Assembly (NCBI GenBank): GCA_011109175.1
Contig: RDEW01000026.1
Span: forward strand, 389,695-453,694
DNA length: 64,000 nucleotides
Reading direction: 5' to 3'
From: Dicyema japonicum
Taxonomy: Eukaryota; Animalia; Dicyemida
The notes under the pieces were generated by a model. That model saw only the letters and a list, made by a program, of their open reading frames with translations. It had not been told where the DNA came from and did no database searches. The translations under genes and the position numbers were made by a program. Below, one piece after another: positions 22,421-34,562 of the stretch (the first letter of the stretch is position 1; each line of letters begins with the position of its first letter).

Positions 22421-24599
22421 CTAAATGTAAACTTCTCTATGATAGAGACACCTGTCAGAAGCTGGACGTATAGGGTGATAATCAAAATAATTCTACGTAT
22501 ATTGCGATGATGGCAGCCTCATTATGCGTGTTTTCACGTCAATAGAAACTCAATAAATTTGTCGCACGATTTTGTCAACTACTCTGGATATCAGTTAATG
22601 TGCTGCAACAAGAAAACGGTCTACAAATACATGTCATTATCCGACACAATATATTTTAGTGATCGAGACGCTTTTCATTAGAGTGAATTTATTCCAAAAG
22701 ATCACAAGTAGAGACCCAGAAGTAGATATAATTTGATCCCGACTCATCCCAGTAGACACTCAACATGGCTCTTTGTTTTTCCCCGAGCCCATACAATCCC
22801 GTCATGGAAGGGGAACTTATTATACGAAAATAAAATTTAAGCGATATAAGTTCAGCTTTATTGAATTTCCTAGAGAACCAAATTGACTTTTTTGATTGTT
22901 GGAGGCAAAGAGCATATCTTCAACTGCACGTAAGTTCTCGATAGCAGGCATAGTGGTTTGATAGAAATATTTGATGGTAAGACGACCAACTGAAAAGAAA
23001 TTTTTTTGCTTTTAGACATTCCTCTACAATAGTTTTTTCGTAAAGACATCTATGTACACATATCAATCACACGACACGTGGAGCTGTATTGGTTTTACAG
23101 CCTAGTTGATACTCTTTGAAGTTAAGCATCCCTAGTTAGACTTCAGTCAGTCAAATAGAGTTGTTTGTTGTTCTTTAGGTGTGAGAAAGACAACAAGGTC
23201 TCTTCATTCCTTTTCAAGTCATTCAGTGACATGAACGAGTCTACACATATCTTTGACCTTCAGCTGTTTGTAGTTCCAAATCTCTCACAAGACTTCCAGA
23301 ATGCTACTCACTACTGTTTTTAACATACACGTGACTACAAATCTGATTTACCTCCGACTCAGCCACAAACGGAGGCATTCTATAAATTCGAGGTCAGTTT
23401 ACTAAAAATTGAATGCTGGGTTTGTTATTAGGAATTTAGAGTTGAACTCACAGAATAGATTGAGTAACCCCAATATCACTGGACCAATATTCTGGAAGTC
23501 TATCTTATTTTTGGCCTCTTTGGTATTAATGCTCCGTCCAATCTTTTTAATAAAATATAAAGACAGAATCCTCGGAGATCTCTACTGAGAAGGTTCGAGT
23601 CATTTGTCAGTCCTACGTAAAAAAACATGCTGAAAATGTATAGAATTACCATTTCCTTATTCCTATTAATTTTTTGAAGGAGTCGATAACAAATGTTTGG
23701 AAAACTCAAATAAAGGAATGAATCTTATTTCCTACTTCATAAAGCCCTAATAAAACTAACTGAATCCAACTCTATTGAACCCAAGCATTGAGGTACCATT
23801 ACTACTTTGCACTCTATATTAGCTTGTATATGTTAGAGGAGTACAGCCTTTACCTCATTATTGCCCCCTCTATAACTGCGAGGGAAATATGCTGAAATAA
23901 CTACGAACATTATAGAGAAATTTCAAGAATTTAGATTTGACTTGTCATCCACTCACAAAAGAAGGACGAAGATCAGATTCTCAGAATTTCTTCAATTGAA
24001 ACTTGAATAGATTTGAACAAGAATCTTATGATTATGCGATACATTTTTTTCGAAAAGTCAAGAGTCCAGATATAGCTTGATGCCCAGCTCTAGGGGATCT
24101 TCATGAGCCGTCATAATTACCACTATTTTTCTGCAATTAACCACTTTGCCAGGAATATTGTTCGTAAATTTAATTATGAAATTAAATTATGTAATAAACT
24201 ACGTAATATTTTAATAATAATTAATATATAAACAACGTGTTAAAATAAGAACCACAAATAGAAATCTCATCATATTTCGCATATAAACAAAATCTGCTTC
24301 TCAATACCTCCAATTCGAACCAAAACAAACAAAACCTCAAAAATAACACAAAATAGCATCATCATTTCATTTTTCTGAGATTTTCATTTCCCGTTTATTA
24401 AACACATAATCTCTATTGTTTGATTAAATGCCTAAACTATTATTTCTTGCTGTCTTCAAAAACAAACCTAACAATTTCCACAATATATTAAAATGTCTNA
24501 AAATTTCATTTTTTCAATTCACAATCGTTTAGAATAATTTATGAGTTGGGCTTTTAGATAAACGATCCGTTCAGCCATTTTTCATTTCATGTCTACTTT

Positions 24600-25900
24600 A
24601 ATTCATTAATATGAACACCACAGACGATTTTATTGCTTATTCCATTTATGTCATTTTCATGTTTATCCACGTCGAACAAGTAGAAGACGTTGGGAAATAA
24701 TACCTTCCATAATACTCAGGACTGCATTTTCTTCAATAAATAAATTTAATACTTGATTCCTTCCCATCCACAAGTTATTTCCTGTGTACTTATAAGTAAT
24801 CCGTTATTTAACTTAATAGTTGAATTTTCAGTGGATTAATTACTTTAGGAATAGTGAAAATTACATTATGAAGCACTTGTTCCCCCCAAAGATAAAGCCT
24901 TATTTCGGATATAAACCCTGTTTTTTCAAAAATCGGCCTTCCATTCTGAGATATTAAATTCTTTTGCTGAGTCTTCCACAAACACAGTTCGTTTGCTCTT
25001 CGTTTCTATAGTCAGAATTTCCTAGTAATAATTATTGAAAATATTGGCCACATTGACATGGGATGGAGTTGTTCTATTCACAACAGATCCCGGTAGTAGA
25101 TTCCATCTAAATTATCAGTGAAACCTGTCAGTTCATCCTCCTGGTGGGATGGAGTTGTTCTATTCACAACAGATCCCGGTAGTAGATTCCATCTAAATTA
25201 TCAGTGAAACCTGTCAGTTCATCCTCCTGGTTGTGAGACTACGATTAGAAACTACTTTAAATATAATTGTGTTATTAAATGCCTTATATTTGAAGCAAAC
25301 AGACAATAATCAAAAAATAATACAAAAATCATTATATAAAACAGTAATTTATTAAATAAATCATTTTGCTACGAATTAATTTATCATCACGTACATTCTA
25401 ATTTGGGAAATAGTTTCATAATCGAATAAGCATGTATTTCTGGTGATGTTTCAAATTACTATAACACAGGATATTTTCAGATCATATCGTCTAATAATAT
25501 ACAGATTTATTTTGTCCATGAGAACTGAGCTGTTAATACCCACCTGTTAATTGGTTTTATAAAGTCTAATGGAAAAGTAATTATTTATTACATTCATATA
25601 CAAAAACGAAAAATTGGAGCGAGAAAAACAATCTTTGATATTTCCTTACCCATTATTCCCAAATTCTTATAAATGTCAAATAAAATTTCGTTACGAAGCA
25701 ATAGTTCCTCTCATGAAAATGCCCAATGTTATAAATAAAACCTGTTCTGGCAAAAAATAGTCTTAATTCTTTTTCGGAGATACTTGGCAGTAAATTTCCC
25801 ACTTACATTACTGTCATGTACTTTACTGTCGCAGGTAGAAGATTTCATCAAAATTATGAGTAAAACCTTAGATTTTATCCACCTCTGACTATGTGTGAGA
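24600..25900 (-). pseudogene. Multi-RRM (TIA-1/TIAR-like) RNA-binding gene, decayed copy B
   Basis: RRM-like M*VGNLLPSISEKELRLFFARTGFIYNIGHFHERNYCFV (about 25810-25690) and RTVFVED..FEKTGFISEIRLY..NKCFI..NNGLLISTQEITCGW (about 24990-24760); in-frame stops and frameshifts; micro-introns. Confidence 0.7.
25058..25230. repeat. Two-copy tandem duplication, about 88-bp unit
   Basis: tgggatggagttgttctattcac..gttcatcctcctgg repeated head to tail. Confidence 0.85.
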
Positions 25901-26169
25901 CTGTAATTCAAAACAACATAAAAATCAATGAGAAATTGTTTATTTATCAATCAAAACAAAAATAGAGTAAGAGAGTCGGGCTTATACTTGTCATTTTTGC
26001 GAGTTTAGAAAATTTATGTTATTTTGCCTATAAAGTAATCAACTCAATTTTTAATGAGAAATTTTTATTATTCAAAACAAAAAATCAAAATAATCAAGCA
26101 GAATGAATGAATTGAATGGCAGTGAACTTCTTTCGAACAACAACTTTCTTTCCTTTACCTAAGAGTCCG

Positions 26170-26640
26170 CTTGTCTCTACGGAAAAAGAAATGATTAATA
26201 ATTCGAGTTGAAGAAAACGGGTGGGAAATAATACCCCCCATAATTACTTAAGACTGGAATTTCCTAAACAATAAAATATATTTAATACTTGATTTCTAGT
26301 CCATCCACAAGTTATTAGCTGATTTTTTATAGTTAATCCGTTATTTGACAAAATCGCAAAAACTGCGGAGGGGTTGTCATGGTAACTAAAAATTATCAAA
26401 AATATACGTAACGAAGCAATTTATTACATAAAAACCGTATTTTGTTCAATTTTGCCATTTTTGTAATCTCTACATACCAGACAGATTCATCAAATTCTTA
26501 AAGTAAAAGTTGCTAATAAGATTTTTGCTAAGTAAAAAAATAATTATAACTTTGAGAAATAATATTCGATTTTTAATTTATACATTCTAATATTAAAATA
26601 CTTATTGCAAACAAATCCATCAGAATTATGGAAAGGATGT
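26170..26640 (-). pseudogene. TIA-1-like RRM gene, decayed copy A
   Basis: CFVT|YHDNPSAVFAILSNNGLTIKNQLITCGWTRNQ|EIPVLSNYGGYYFPP.. with 22- and 25-nt introns; resembles the second half of TIA-1 RRM3; upstream exon frameshifted. Confidence 0.65.
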
Positions 26641-27079
26641 GAAATATAAAGGAATTTTTATTATTGATTCAAAACTCCATTTTTGTTTTCACTCATTTTA
26701 TAATTCTCAATGGAGAATCTTAGGACAATGAATCAAAACCAATCAGTTCAGCCACCGCTGACTGTTGTGACTACAAATAGTTTTAGTGGATATGAATTAA
26801 ATTATGAAGTCTTCTTTCCGGCCTTCAAAGTAGTACGCTCTTCCTTGTACAGTCTTCACTTTGCTCTTCTGAGCGGACTGATATTATATTTCCGAGTCAA
26901 AGTTACTTAAAAGTTTAACTAAAACGTTTTTTTCAATCTTGTTTTTCACTTTCTCAAGAAACCGAAGCAATAAGCAGCAAATCCTTGATCTTCCTCAGAA
27001 AAACTCGGGCGTATGGTCTCGCTAATAAGCCAAGATGACTTTGAAACACAATGGCCTATCCAATTGGTCTCCATAGCGA

Positions 27080-27275
27080 TCCATAGTGTAAACCTCGCTC
27101 GTAAGGAATGTATAAAGGCTCCATAACAACTCAAGACTTGATTTTCTTAAAATAAATAAAATCAATTTAATACTTCTTGATTTTCACCGTCCACATAATA
27201 TTGTCCGGTTTCATACAAATAATCAGTTATTAACAAAATAGGGAAACTGCCGAGGGTAGTCAGGGTAACTAAATA
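27080..27275 (-). pseudogene. TIA-1-like RRM gene, strongly decayed copy C
   Basis: Same exon and splice junctions as copy A (ttag|ttaccctgac..tgtggacgg..|gtattaaa) with several stops. Confidence 0.5.
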
Positions 27276-28429
27276 AATAATAAAAATATAAATGACACCT
27301 CTTAGGAATTGACAGAGTCATGTACATAGTTATTAACTAAATAATGTAGCTAACGTAGTTAACCTATTATTCGACGAATAAAGGTTTCGAATCATAGTCA
27401 TAGTAGGATCTCTGTTATCAAATCCATTTTGATAGTACAGTAAACTCTCGAATATGGCACTCTTAAATTTGCCAATTCTGAAATTCGCCATTTTTATTGA
27501 TGTTTTTTATTTTCAATAATATTTGCCAACATTTTTAAAAAATTATTTTTATTTTTTTTAAATATTTTTAAAATTTAAATAATTCAAAGCAAGCATGGGT
27601 CGGAATGTTCCTGTTGGAGGCGACAACAAAATTTCAATTGCTCAAAAAGTGGTAATATTGCTGTATAAAGAAACCAAAAAATCAGCTTCATATCAGACAA
27701 TATGCAACAGGTTTTCTTCTATTTTTAAAAAGAGAATCTCAAGGACAGTCAATGCAATGTTAATGAATGCAGAATCGCTTTCATTTCAGTCAAGAACAGA
27801 AATCCTAAGCTAAAAACTTGTAAAAAATTAAAATATTTATAGCTTTATGAAAATCTAGTACATTGGATGGATTTAATGGAATCAAAAGGTATACTATTTA
27901 CTCTAACATTTAAAGTGCTTTATTGAACGATTCTTTAATATTACATAAGGCAGAATTTTTCGCTAAAGAACTTTCGTTAACTAATTTTAAAGATTTTTAC
28001 GGGTTTTTGAAAAAATAAAAAAAAATACATGGATTTCGAATGCGTTAATTACATGGGGAATGCGCACTTAAAAACATGTGGATATTAATGGCTTTTTAAA
28101 AGAATTTGATAAGTTTCAGAGTTACTTGTCTGAAATATTTATTATTTGGATGAGACAGGAATATTTTATAAATTGATCCCTTCCTGGGATATTTGCAAAT
28201 CACTATTGAGGAAGAAATTAAAAGTTATTGAGGAACAAACAGAATCCAGTTATGTAGAAGTACATGAGTCATTAAACCACGCTGAAATGCTTCTAAAATT
28301 AAGCGAGATTGAAAATTAGAAAACATTGAAAATGATAATAATGCAGAATTCATTCCTTCAATAAGAAGATATAAATAAAATATCAAAAATTCTAATAAGA
28401 GGCAATTGGGAATTAAATAAATCTTTTAT

Positions 28430-28665
28430 TAAGGAAAAAAATAGAGTAAACGGTTATATAGAGGCTGCCCTGACTGCGTGGCTATTCCCTCTCAGGGTGG
28501 CGAAAGAAATTTGCTTAAATAACCAGCACTGCTCACGAGGGTCCCCTGTTCGTGCAGCGATCCGATTCCCTAGACGACTCAAGAATTCCAGCGTCGCAAG
28601 CGCAAGGGAACCAGACTTTTCAACGGCGAGTGGAACAAACAAAAAATCCTTCGGTAGGATCGGAC
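28430..28665 (-). mobile_element. CRE-clade LINE 3' fragment (RLE end)
   Basis: ORF 28454..28642 FVPLAVEKSG..LGNRIAARTGDPREQCWLFKQISFATLRGN; similar to 47110-47330. Confidence 0.85.
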
Positions 28666-28669
28666 TTGA

Positions 28670-28985
28670 GTATTATTATGCCACTTTCACAAAATCCATA
28701 ATGATTACATGTGCAACACTCAAAGAAACAATATTTGTAGTTAGTCTTTTCCATCTTCCTCTGTCGAATGCGAGTGATCTCAATTCGTCCAGGTCGTCCC
28801 CCCGTCTTTAGATTTTTTCTCACACGATTTAGGTCTTTGTTTAAGGCAGTCGGAAGTGTCGATCTAGGTCGTCCGCGGAAGGGTTTGTCGCAACTGTCAA
28901 CGTAATCTTCCATCGCTTTGTTAGCGAGTGCGTCAGGGTTCATTCTTAGTACATGCCCAAATAGCCTCCACCGGGCATTACTTTA
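28670..28985 (-). mobile_element. RTE-clade LINE 3' fragment
   Basis: RWRLFGHVLRMNPDALANKAMEDY..PFRGRPRSTLP; 3' motif atggattttgtgaaagtg. Confidence 0.8.
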
Positions 28986-30738
28986 ATAAAATTTAGTTAA
29001 TTTTTGTTTTCTTGGTTAAAAATATTGTTTTCCTTATAAATGAAATTTATTAATTTAAATATTTTAAATATCTTTAAATAAATTAATTAAAACTGCAAAT
29101 AAAACTTTATTCTGAAATCTGCTAATTATCAAATTTGCCACAATTTCGATGGAACCAAAAACTGCAAATTTGAGAGAGTTTACTGTATTAGTCTATCTGT
29201 TGATCTTATAAATATGTAAAACTGCATGGAATGAAAATTTTGAGTATAAAGAAAACCAAAGAAGTAGCAAATAATTTATTAATTGTCCACAGTTAACAAC
29301 ACCTGTTCTATCACACAATCCAATTGTGTTGATCAGTTTAACCGAAAATTATGTGATTTCTAGATGTTGTTGCGATCAATTTGGTATGTTCGTCTGATAA
29401 AATCATAATTTTTAAAAAGTGCAATCACTTGGTACAGTTTGCAATCTCTTTGAAAGTATTGACTGGTAAATAACTTATTTGTTCGATTCTCATTAATGTA
29501 TAAATCAATTTGGTAACTTTTGTCTGATAAAGTGACAATCTTCTCGACTTTGCTAATAACTGCTGCAATCAATTTAATGACTGGTGCGGTGAGTGGGCAA
29601 TTGGATATATACAATCGTTAACCATTTAGGAGACTCTGAAGAACATGGTCGTTCCTGAGCGTGCTGAGATAAGATTTCCAAGTCTTTTGAAGAAAGCATA
29701 AAACAAAAGACCGAAGTCCCCTGAGCTTTCTTTGGGATAAGAACAAACGTCACATCGCTAAAAATCTAGCATTCTTCAGGCATTTATATTCTGGTCTTTC
29801 CAAAGACTCGACACCCCTTTCTAATTTTAAAGTTGGAATTTCTTGCATAAAATAATCTTTATTTTATCTCCCAATGCTTAAACGTGGATAAAGGATTACT
29901 TTATTATCGACGGAGGATCGTAGCTGGATCTAAGAAATGAGATTAAATAAAGAATCTCTATATTTCCATGGCAGTTAACCTAGGCTACGGTATATGGAAA
30001 AATAAAAGAAATCTGGTAGATTTCAAACCANGTCTCTTGAAGAAAGCATAAAATGAAATACCGAACTCCCCTGAGCTCTTTTTGGGTGAAGAACAAACGT
30101 CACATCACTAAGAATCTACCATACTTCAGGCACTTATATTTTAGCCTTCCCAAAGACTCAACATCCCTTTCTAATTTTAGAGTTAGAATTTCTTCCATAA
30201 AATAATCTTAATTTTATCTCTCAATGCTTAAACGTGGATAAAGGATTACTTTATTATCGACTGAGGATCGTAGCTTGATCTAAGAATTGAGATTAAATAA
30301 GGAATCTCTATATTTCCATGGCAGTTAACCTAGGCTACAGTATATGGAAAAATAAAAGAAATCTGGTAGATTTTAAACCACAAAAACTAAAAATAGTAAA
30401 GAACAAGAAATCATGCGTTTCGGAAAATTCAATAAATTCTTATCTTTATTAAAATTCTAATTTAGAATCTGAGGCATCCAATTATGAAAATATCTCTACA
30501 GTCGGACAAGTTTACTGACTTAAAGGATCGGACATCAAGGATTGCCAGAACATTTCAACTCTGCAGTCGATGGAAAAAGTCGAGGTTACAATTCAAAGCA
30601 AAAGTATGTTAAATGAGTTGAAATTATATTTTCTGGTGAAGATAGTATTTCCTGTAAATTATATAAAGATTAGCAGAATTCCCACAAGAAGCAAAAAAAT
30701 GGTAGGTTTGATTTTTGAGATACAACCATTTGTGCTTC

Positions 30739-31073
30739 GAAAGATCTCCAATAAGACTCCATGATGTTTTTGTTAATAAAATTATTCAAATATGTATTTT
30801 TCAATAAATTCCGGGTTTAATACTTTTTTATTTATTTGTTCATAAAAAACGAAAATAATGAACAGGGAAATACTCACATTTTAATCAAAAACTCTGGATG
30901 ACATAAAAACTAAAGATCTCCAATAAGACTTCATGATGTTTTTGTTAATAAAAATATTCAAATATGTATTTTTCAATAAATCCTGGGTTTAATACTTTTT
31001 TATTTATTTGTTCATAAAAAACGAAAATAATGAACAGGGAAATACTCACATTTTAATCAAAAACTCTGGATGA
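30739..31073. repeat. Two-copy tandem duplication, about 170-bp unit
   Basis: aaagatctccaataagact..aaaactctggatga occurs twice with a few substitutions. Confidence 0.85.
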
Positions 31074-31635
31074 TATGGAAACTCAAGAAGATAAGGCAAA
31101 GACTTGTCTGATCTCACACGGGGAGGCACAAAAAGTAGCCGATAATTTCTAGAATATGAAAATCCATCGTAAAAATCATTGATAAAAAAATAGAATGTGA
31201 TATGTCATTTGCCTCCACATCGTTAGCTTAGCTTTAGTAAAAATCGTAGAAAATTCCTCATTCTCTACAAAGCTCATGAATTGGTTTTCATATAAAGAAG
31301 TTAAAAGTTAGATATNAAGAGGATAAGGCAAAGTAGCCGATAATTTCTAGAATATGAAAATCCATCGTAAAAATCATTGATAGAAAAATAGAATGTGATA
31401 TGTCATTTGCCTCCACATCGTTAGCTTAGCTTTAGTAAAAATCGTAGAAAATTCCTCATTCTCTACAAAGCTCATAAACAGGTTTTCATATAAAGAAGTT
31501 AAAAGTGAGATATTGACGTGTTTTACTAAAAAGGATCACAAAATTGATTTGGTAAGGCATTTCCGCTTTATAAACTTAAAATATATACCGCTTTTACATT
31601 GTAGACAAGGGAGGTACTGAACGAAAGCATAAAAA

Positions 31636-31857
31636 ACACGGGAGGCATACTTGACACGTGTATAAATATAGAAATGGAATTCTGAGTTGCTGACAAAGTG
31701 TTGATTTGCATAACACGAATCTTTCAATTATGGCATAATCAGTGTAACACGGGAGGCATACTTGACACGTGTATAAATATATAAATGGAATTCTGAGTTA
31801 CTGACAAAGTGTTGATTTGCATAACACGAATCTTTCAATTATGGCATAATCAGTGTG
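31636..31857. repeat. Two-copy tandem duplication, about 112-bp unit
   Basis: acacgggaggcatacttgac..ggcataatcagtgt occurs twice with two visible substitutions. Confidence 0.85.
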
Positions 31858-32569
31858 TAACAACGTAGTGTATAGAACAAAGGTGCTTTCTGGATCCTTG
31901 GACTCTAAGAAAGCGATAAATATGAGGAAACTGATATTACAAATAAATGTTTCAAATAGCAAATCCATCAAGTCCAACGTTAAAGAAATTTTAGCGTACT
32001 CGTCTTAGTTTTGATAAATACTCAATGATATTTTAAATATTCGTTTTTAAATTGTATTAAATTGTCTTATTTTGATAGAAAATATGAAGTTTTCAATTAT
32101 TGTTTGTTTATGTTTTAAAAAATGTAATTATAAGGAGAAATTTTTTTTACGTCGTTTAAATCGAATATTGGAATAAATCACTGTATTGTATTCAACGGTA
32201 AATGAAGAAGTATTTTTTCGGTTATATTTTAGTATTTTTGTGAATTCTTTATATATTAATGATTATACAATTATTATATGTGTTTTTGAATAATTAGATT
32301 ACTAAAAATTATATAATTTAATTTTTCTACATTCTTTATGGGTACTCTCATGGGATTCGAGTCATTGTGGACGACAAAACATTATAACCAGACCTCTTAG
32401 AATATCTGGATGGGAGAAATGTTGAGGATCTTTTTACTCGTTCGGGAACAGAAGGAATGTTTATAGACTTGCAGGATCGCTGGGATTTAATTGACTGGGC
32501 GTTTTTAGTGGTCACCAGCTTTATTCATTTTAGCAGAACTAGATAATTCCTCAACTTTCCCTTTGCTAT

Positions 32570-32650
32570 GACTTCTAATCACATGATCCCAGCGCGCTCT
32601 AGCAGAGACCTAAACTTGGCTCGATGCTCATCCCTCGACCCCACACATGA
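32570..32650 (-). mobile_element. jockey/I-like LINE extreme 3' end
   Basis: SCVGSRDEHRAKFRSLLERAGIM*, same family C-terminus as 460-675 and 37850-38070. Confidence 0.5.
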
Positions 32651-32910
32651 TAATCATTAAGGTGATTTTTTGTCTATATTTATTTGTTCTTAAAATTGTT
32701 AAAAATTTTCAAAAAATGTAGTTTTTAGTCAAAATAACATNTCCACCGAATGTAAAGGAATTTGCTTTGAGTCGGTTTGAACCCTATGATTGTGTTATTG
32801 CATCCCCTTCGTTTTGTTCACAAAGTTAATTCCAGTGGATTTTTCATTTACCGTTTTATTGATTTTAATTGCCACGGAATTTATATTGACTATGATAATC
32901 TCCTTAAAGC

Positions 32911-33111
32911 TGTACTTTCTCCATTTGAAGTCATATCTGAGTCATTTCCCTTTTTTTCTTGTAGTTGTTAACTTTTTTATCATTAGAGGTTAATGTTAAT
33001 AAAAAAATATCTGTACTTTCTTCCTTTGAAGTCATATCTGAGTCATTACCCTTTTTTTCTTGTAGTTGTTAACTTTTTTATCATTAGAGGTTAATGTTAA
33101 TAAAAAAATAT
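32911..33111. repeat. Two-copy tandem duplication, about 101-bp unit
   Basis: ctgtactttct..gttaataaaaaaatat occurs twice with about three substitutions. Confidence 0.85.
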
Positions 33112-33439
33112 AATAAATGGTTCCCCTGATATGGAAGCACATAGTGTCATTGTGCACAAAAAGATGAAGTCTTTTCATTGTATCAGTCATAAAAAAATTC
33201 CCTTTCTTTGATGATCTCAGACTCTGGTGAAAAGAACAGAACCACTGACTTTATTCGTTTAAAAATGGAAAAACTTTTGTGTAGGTTCATAGCTTTCCTT
33301 TCTGGAAATCAATTGTTCTATCACTCTGAGCTATATTCTAATGGATGTGACCTCAAAGGAATTGATCCACAATTCACTATTATAATTCCATTTTGATGAA
33401 ATACATAAATTAATAAAATTTGATGAAAAAATGAACTTT

Positions 33440-33960
33440 TTGTTTTATTCTATCAAAAATTTATTAACAATAAAATATTATTTATTAACTATGGGGGAGA
33501 GCGGCTGCTGACATCACGGAGTAAGCGTTTCCGCGAATAACTGCGATACCAATTCTTTGCCTCAGCCAGACCGCTTCCCGCACGTCTTTCTTACGCTGGG
33601 CCAATTTTCCCCCGATTTCCTTTAGGAAAGAGACTGTAATACTTCCAGCCGCACCAGACTTCTCGATTGCTACCAGTACAAAACGGTAGCGGTCTCCAAT
33701 TTCGCCATATTTTTTAATCTTGATTTTCTCGGCCAGATCGGTCCAGCAGACTGCGCCGAGCTGAGCATCATCGAGTTCGAGAAAGAATCCACAACAGTGC
33801 AGTCCCATACGAGTGATTTTCCCTCAGTGAACGGAAAGATAGTTAACCCATCCGGTCTTTTCCCATCTCCGCGGTCCAATCCCACAGGTTCCAGTACTGC
33901 CGGGAAGCCTGCCGCTTCAAGAGCTCGCAAGACAATGTTGTTCATAAAAATGGACTTAAT
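33440..33960 (-). mobile_element. CRE-clade LINE 3' portion (RLE domain)
   Basis: MNNIVLRALEAAGFPAVLEPVGLDRGDGKRPDGLTIFPFTEGKSLVWDCTVVDS; YRFVLVAIEKSG..WLRQRIGIAVIRGNA. Confidence 0.9.
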
Positions 33961-34562
33961 AAAAAATTTATTAATAAAATTTAAAAAATATATTTTACTT
34001 TGTTGTTAAATTTAAGTGCTACAAAGTTAGAATCGTCATTTAAATGGAAGAAACTGGTAACGATATAGAATACGAAGTTGAGGACATCATTTATAGAATT
34101 NTTCAAACCTCGATACTTCATACATCCGACATTTCTTTCTATTGTTCATAACTTGGGGTTTCTGACGTCTCCCAAGTCCGTCATCTCCCCAATGCTAAAA
34201 AGAATAAGGACGCATGGGCTTTCTCATTATGAAGTTAAGTAGACATTTCGTGCAATAAAGGTACGTTGTTTCCTCAACCCTCCTACCTGTGAAAAACTTA
34301 CCTGACTGATCAAGTTCCCCCAAAAAACGAATTATATTCAAACCCAAAAACATTGTGCACCAACACTTCTTTTGTTCAGATATTCAATATATTCGTCCTA
34401 CCATGGAGTAGGAGAAGATAAATGCTTCTAGGATGCCGACCAGTTATTGGGAGTCTCCTGAAACATGTGTATCAACTGGATTATCAATTGTCTAATAATT
34501 GAACGCTAAAAACAACTAAAATATAGAAACAAAGAAACAAAAAAGTGATAAGAAAAGTCGAA

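Larger units (their letters stand above)
27438..29185 (+). mobile_element. pogo/Tigger-like DNA transposon with nested LINE fragments
   Basis: TIRs CAGTAAACTCTC.. / ..GAGAGTTTACTG with TA flanks; ORF 27595..27813; homologous to 3377-4532. Confidence 0.82.

Noticed and set aside
25800-25812. TAA at a conserved Tyr position of an RRM (M*VGNL), hinting at stop-codon reassignment
   Set aside because: DNALI1 and RAPGEF end in TAA exactly where homologues end, and the copy has other lesions; simple pseudogenisation.
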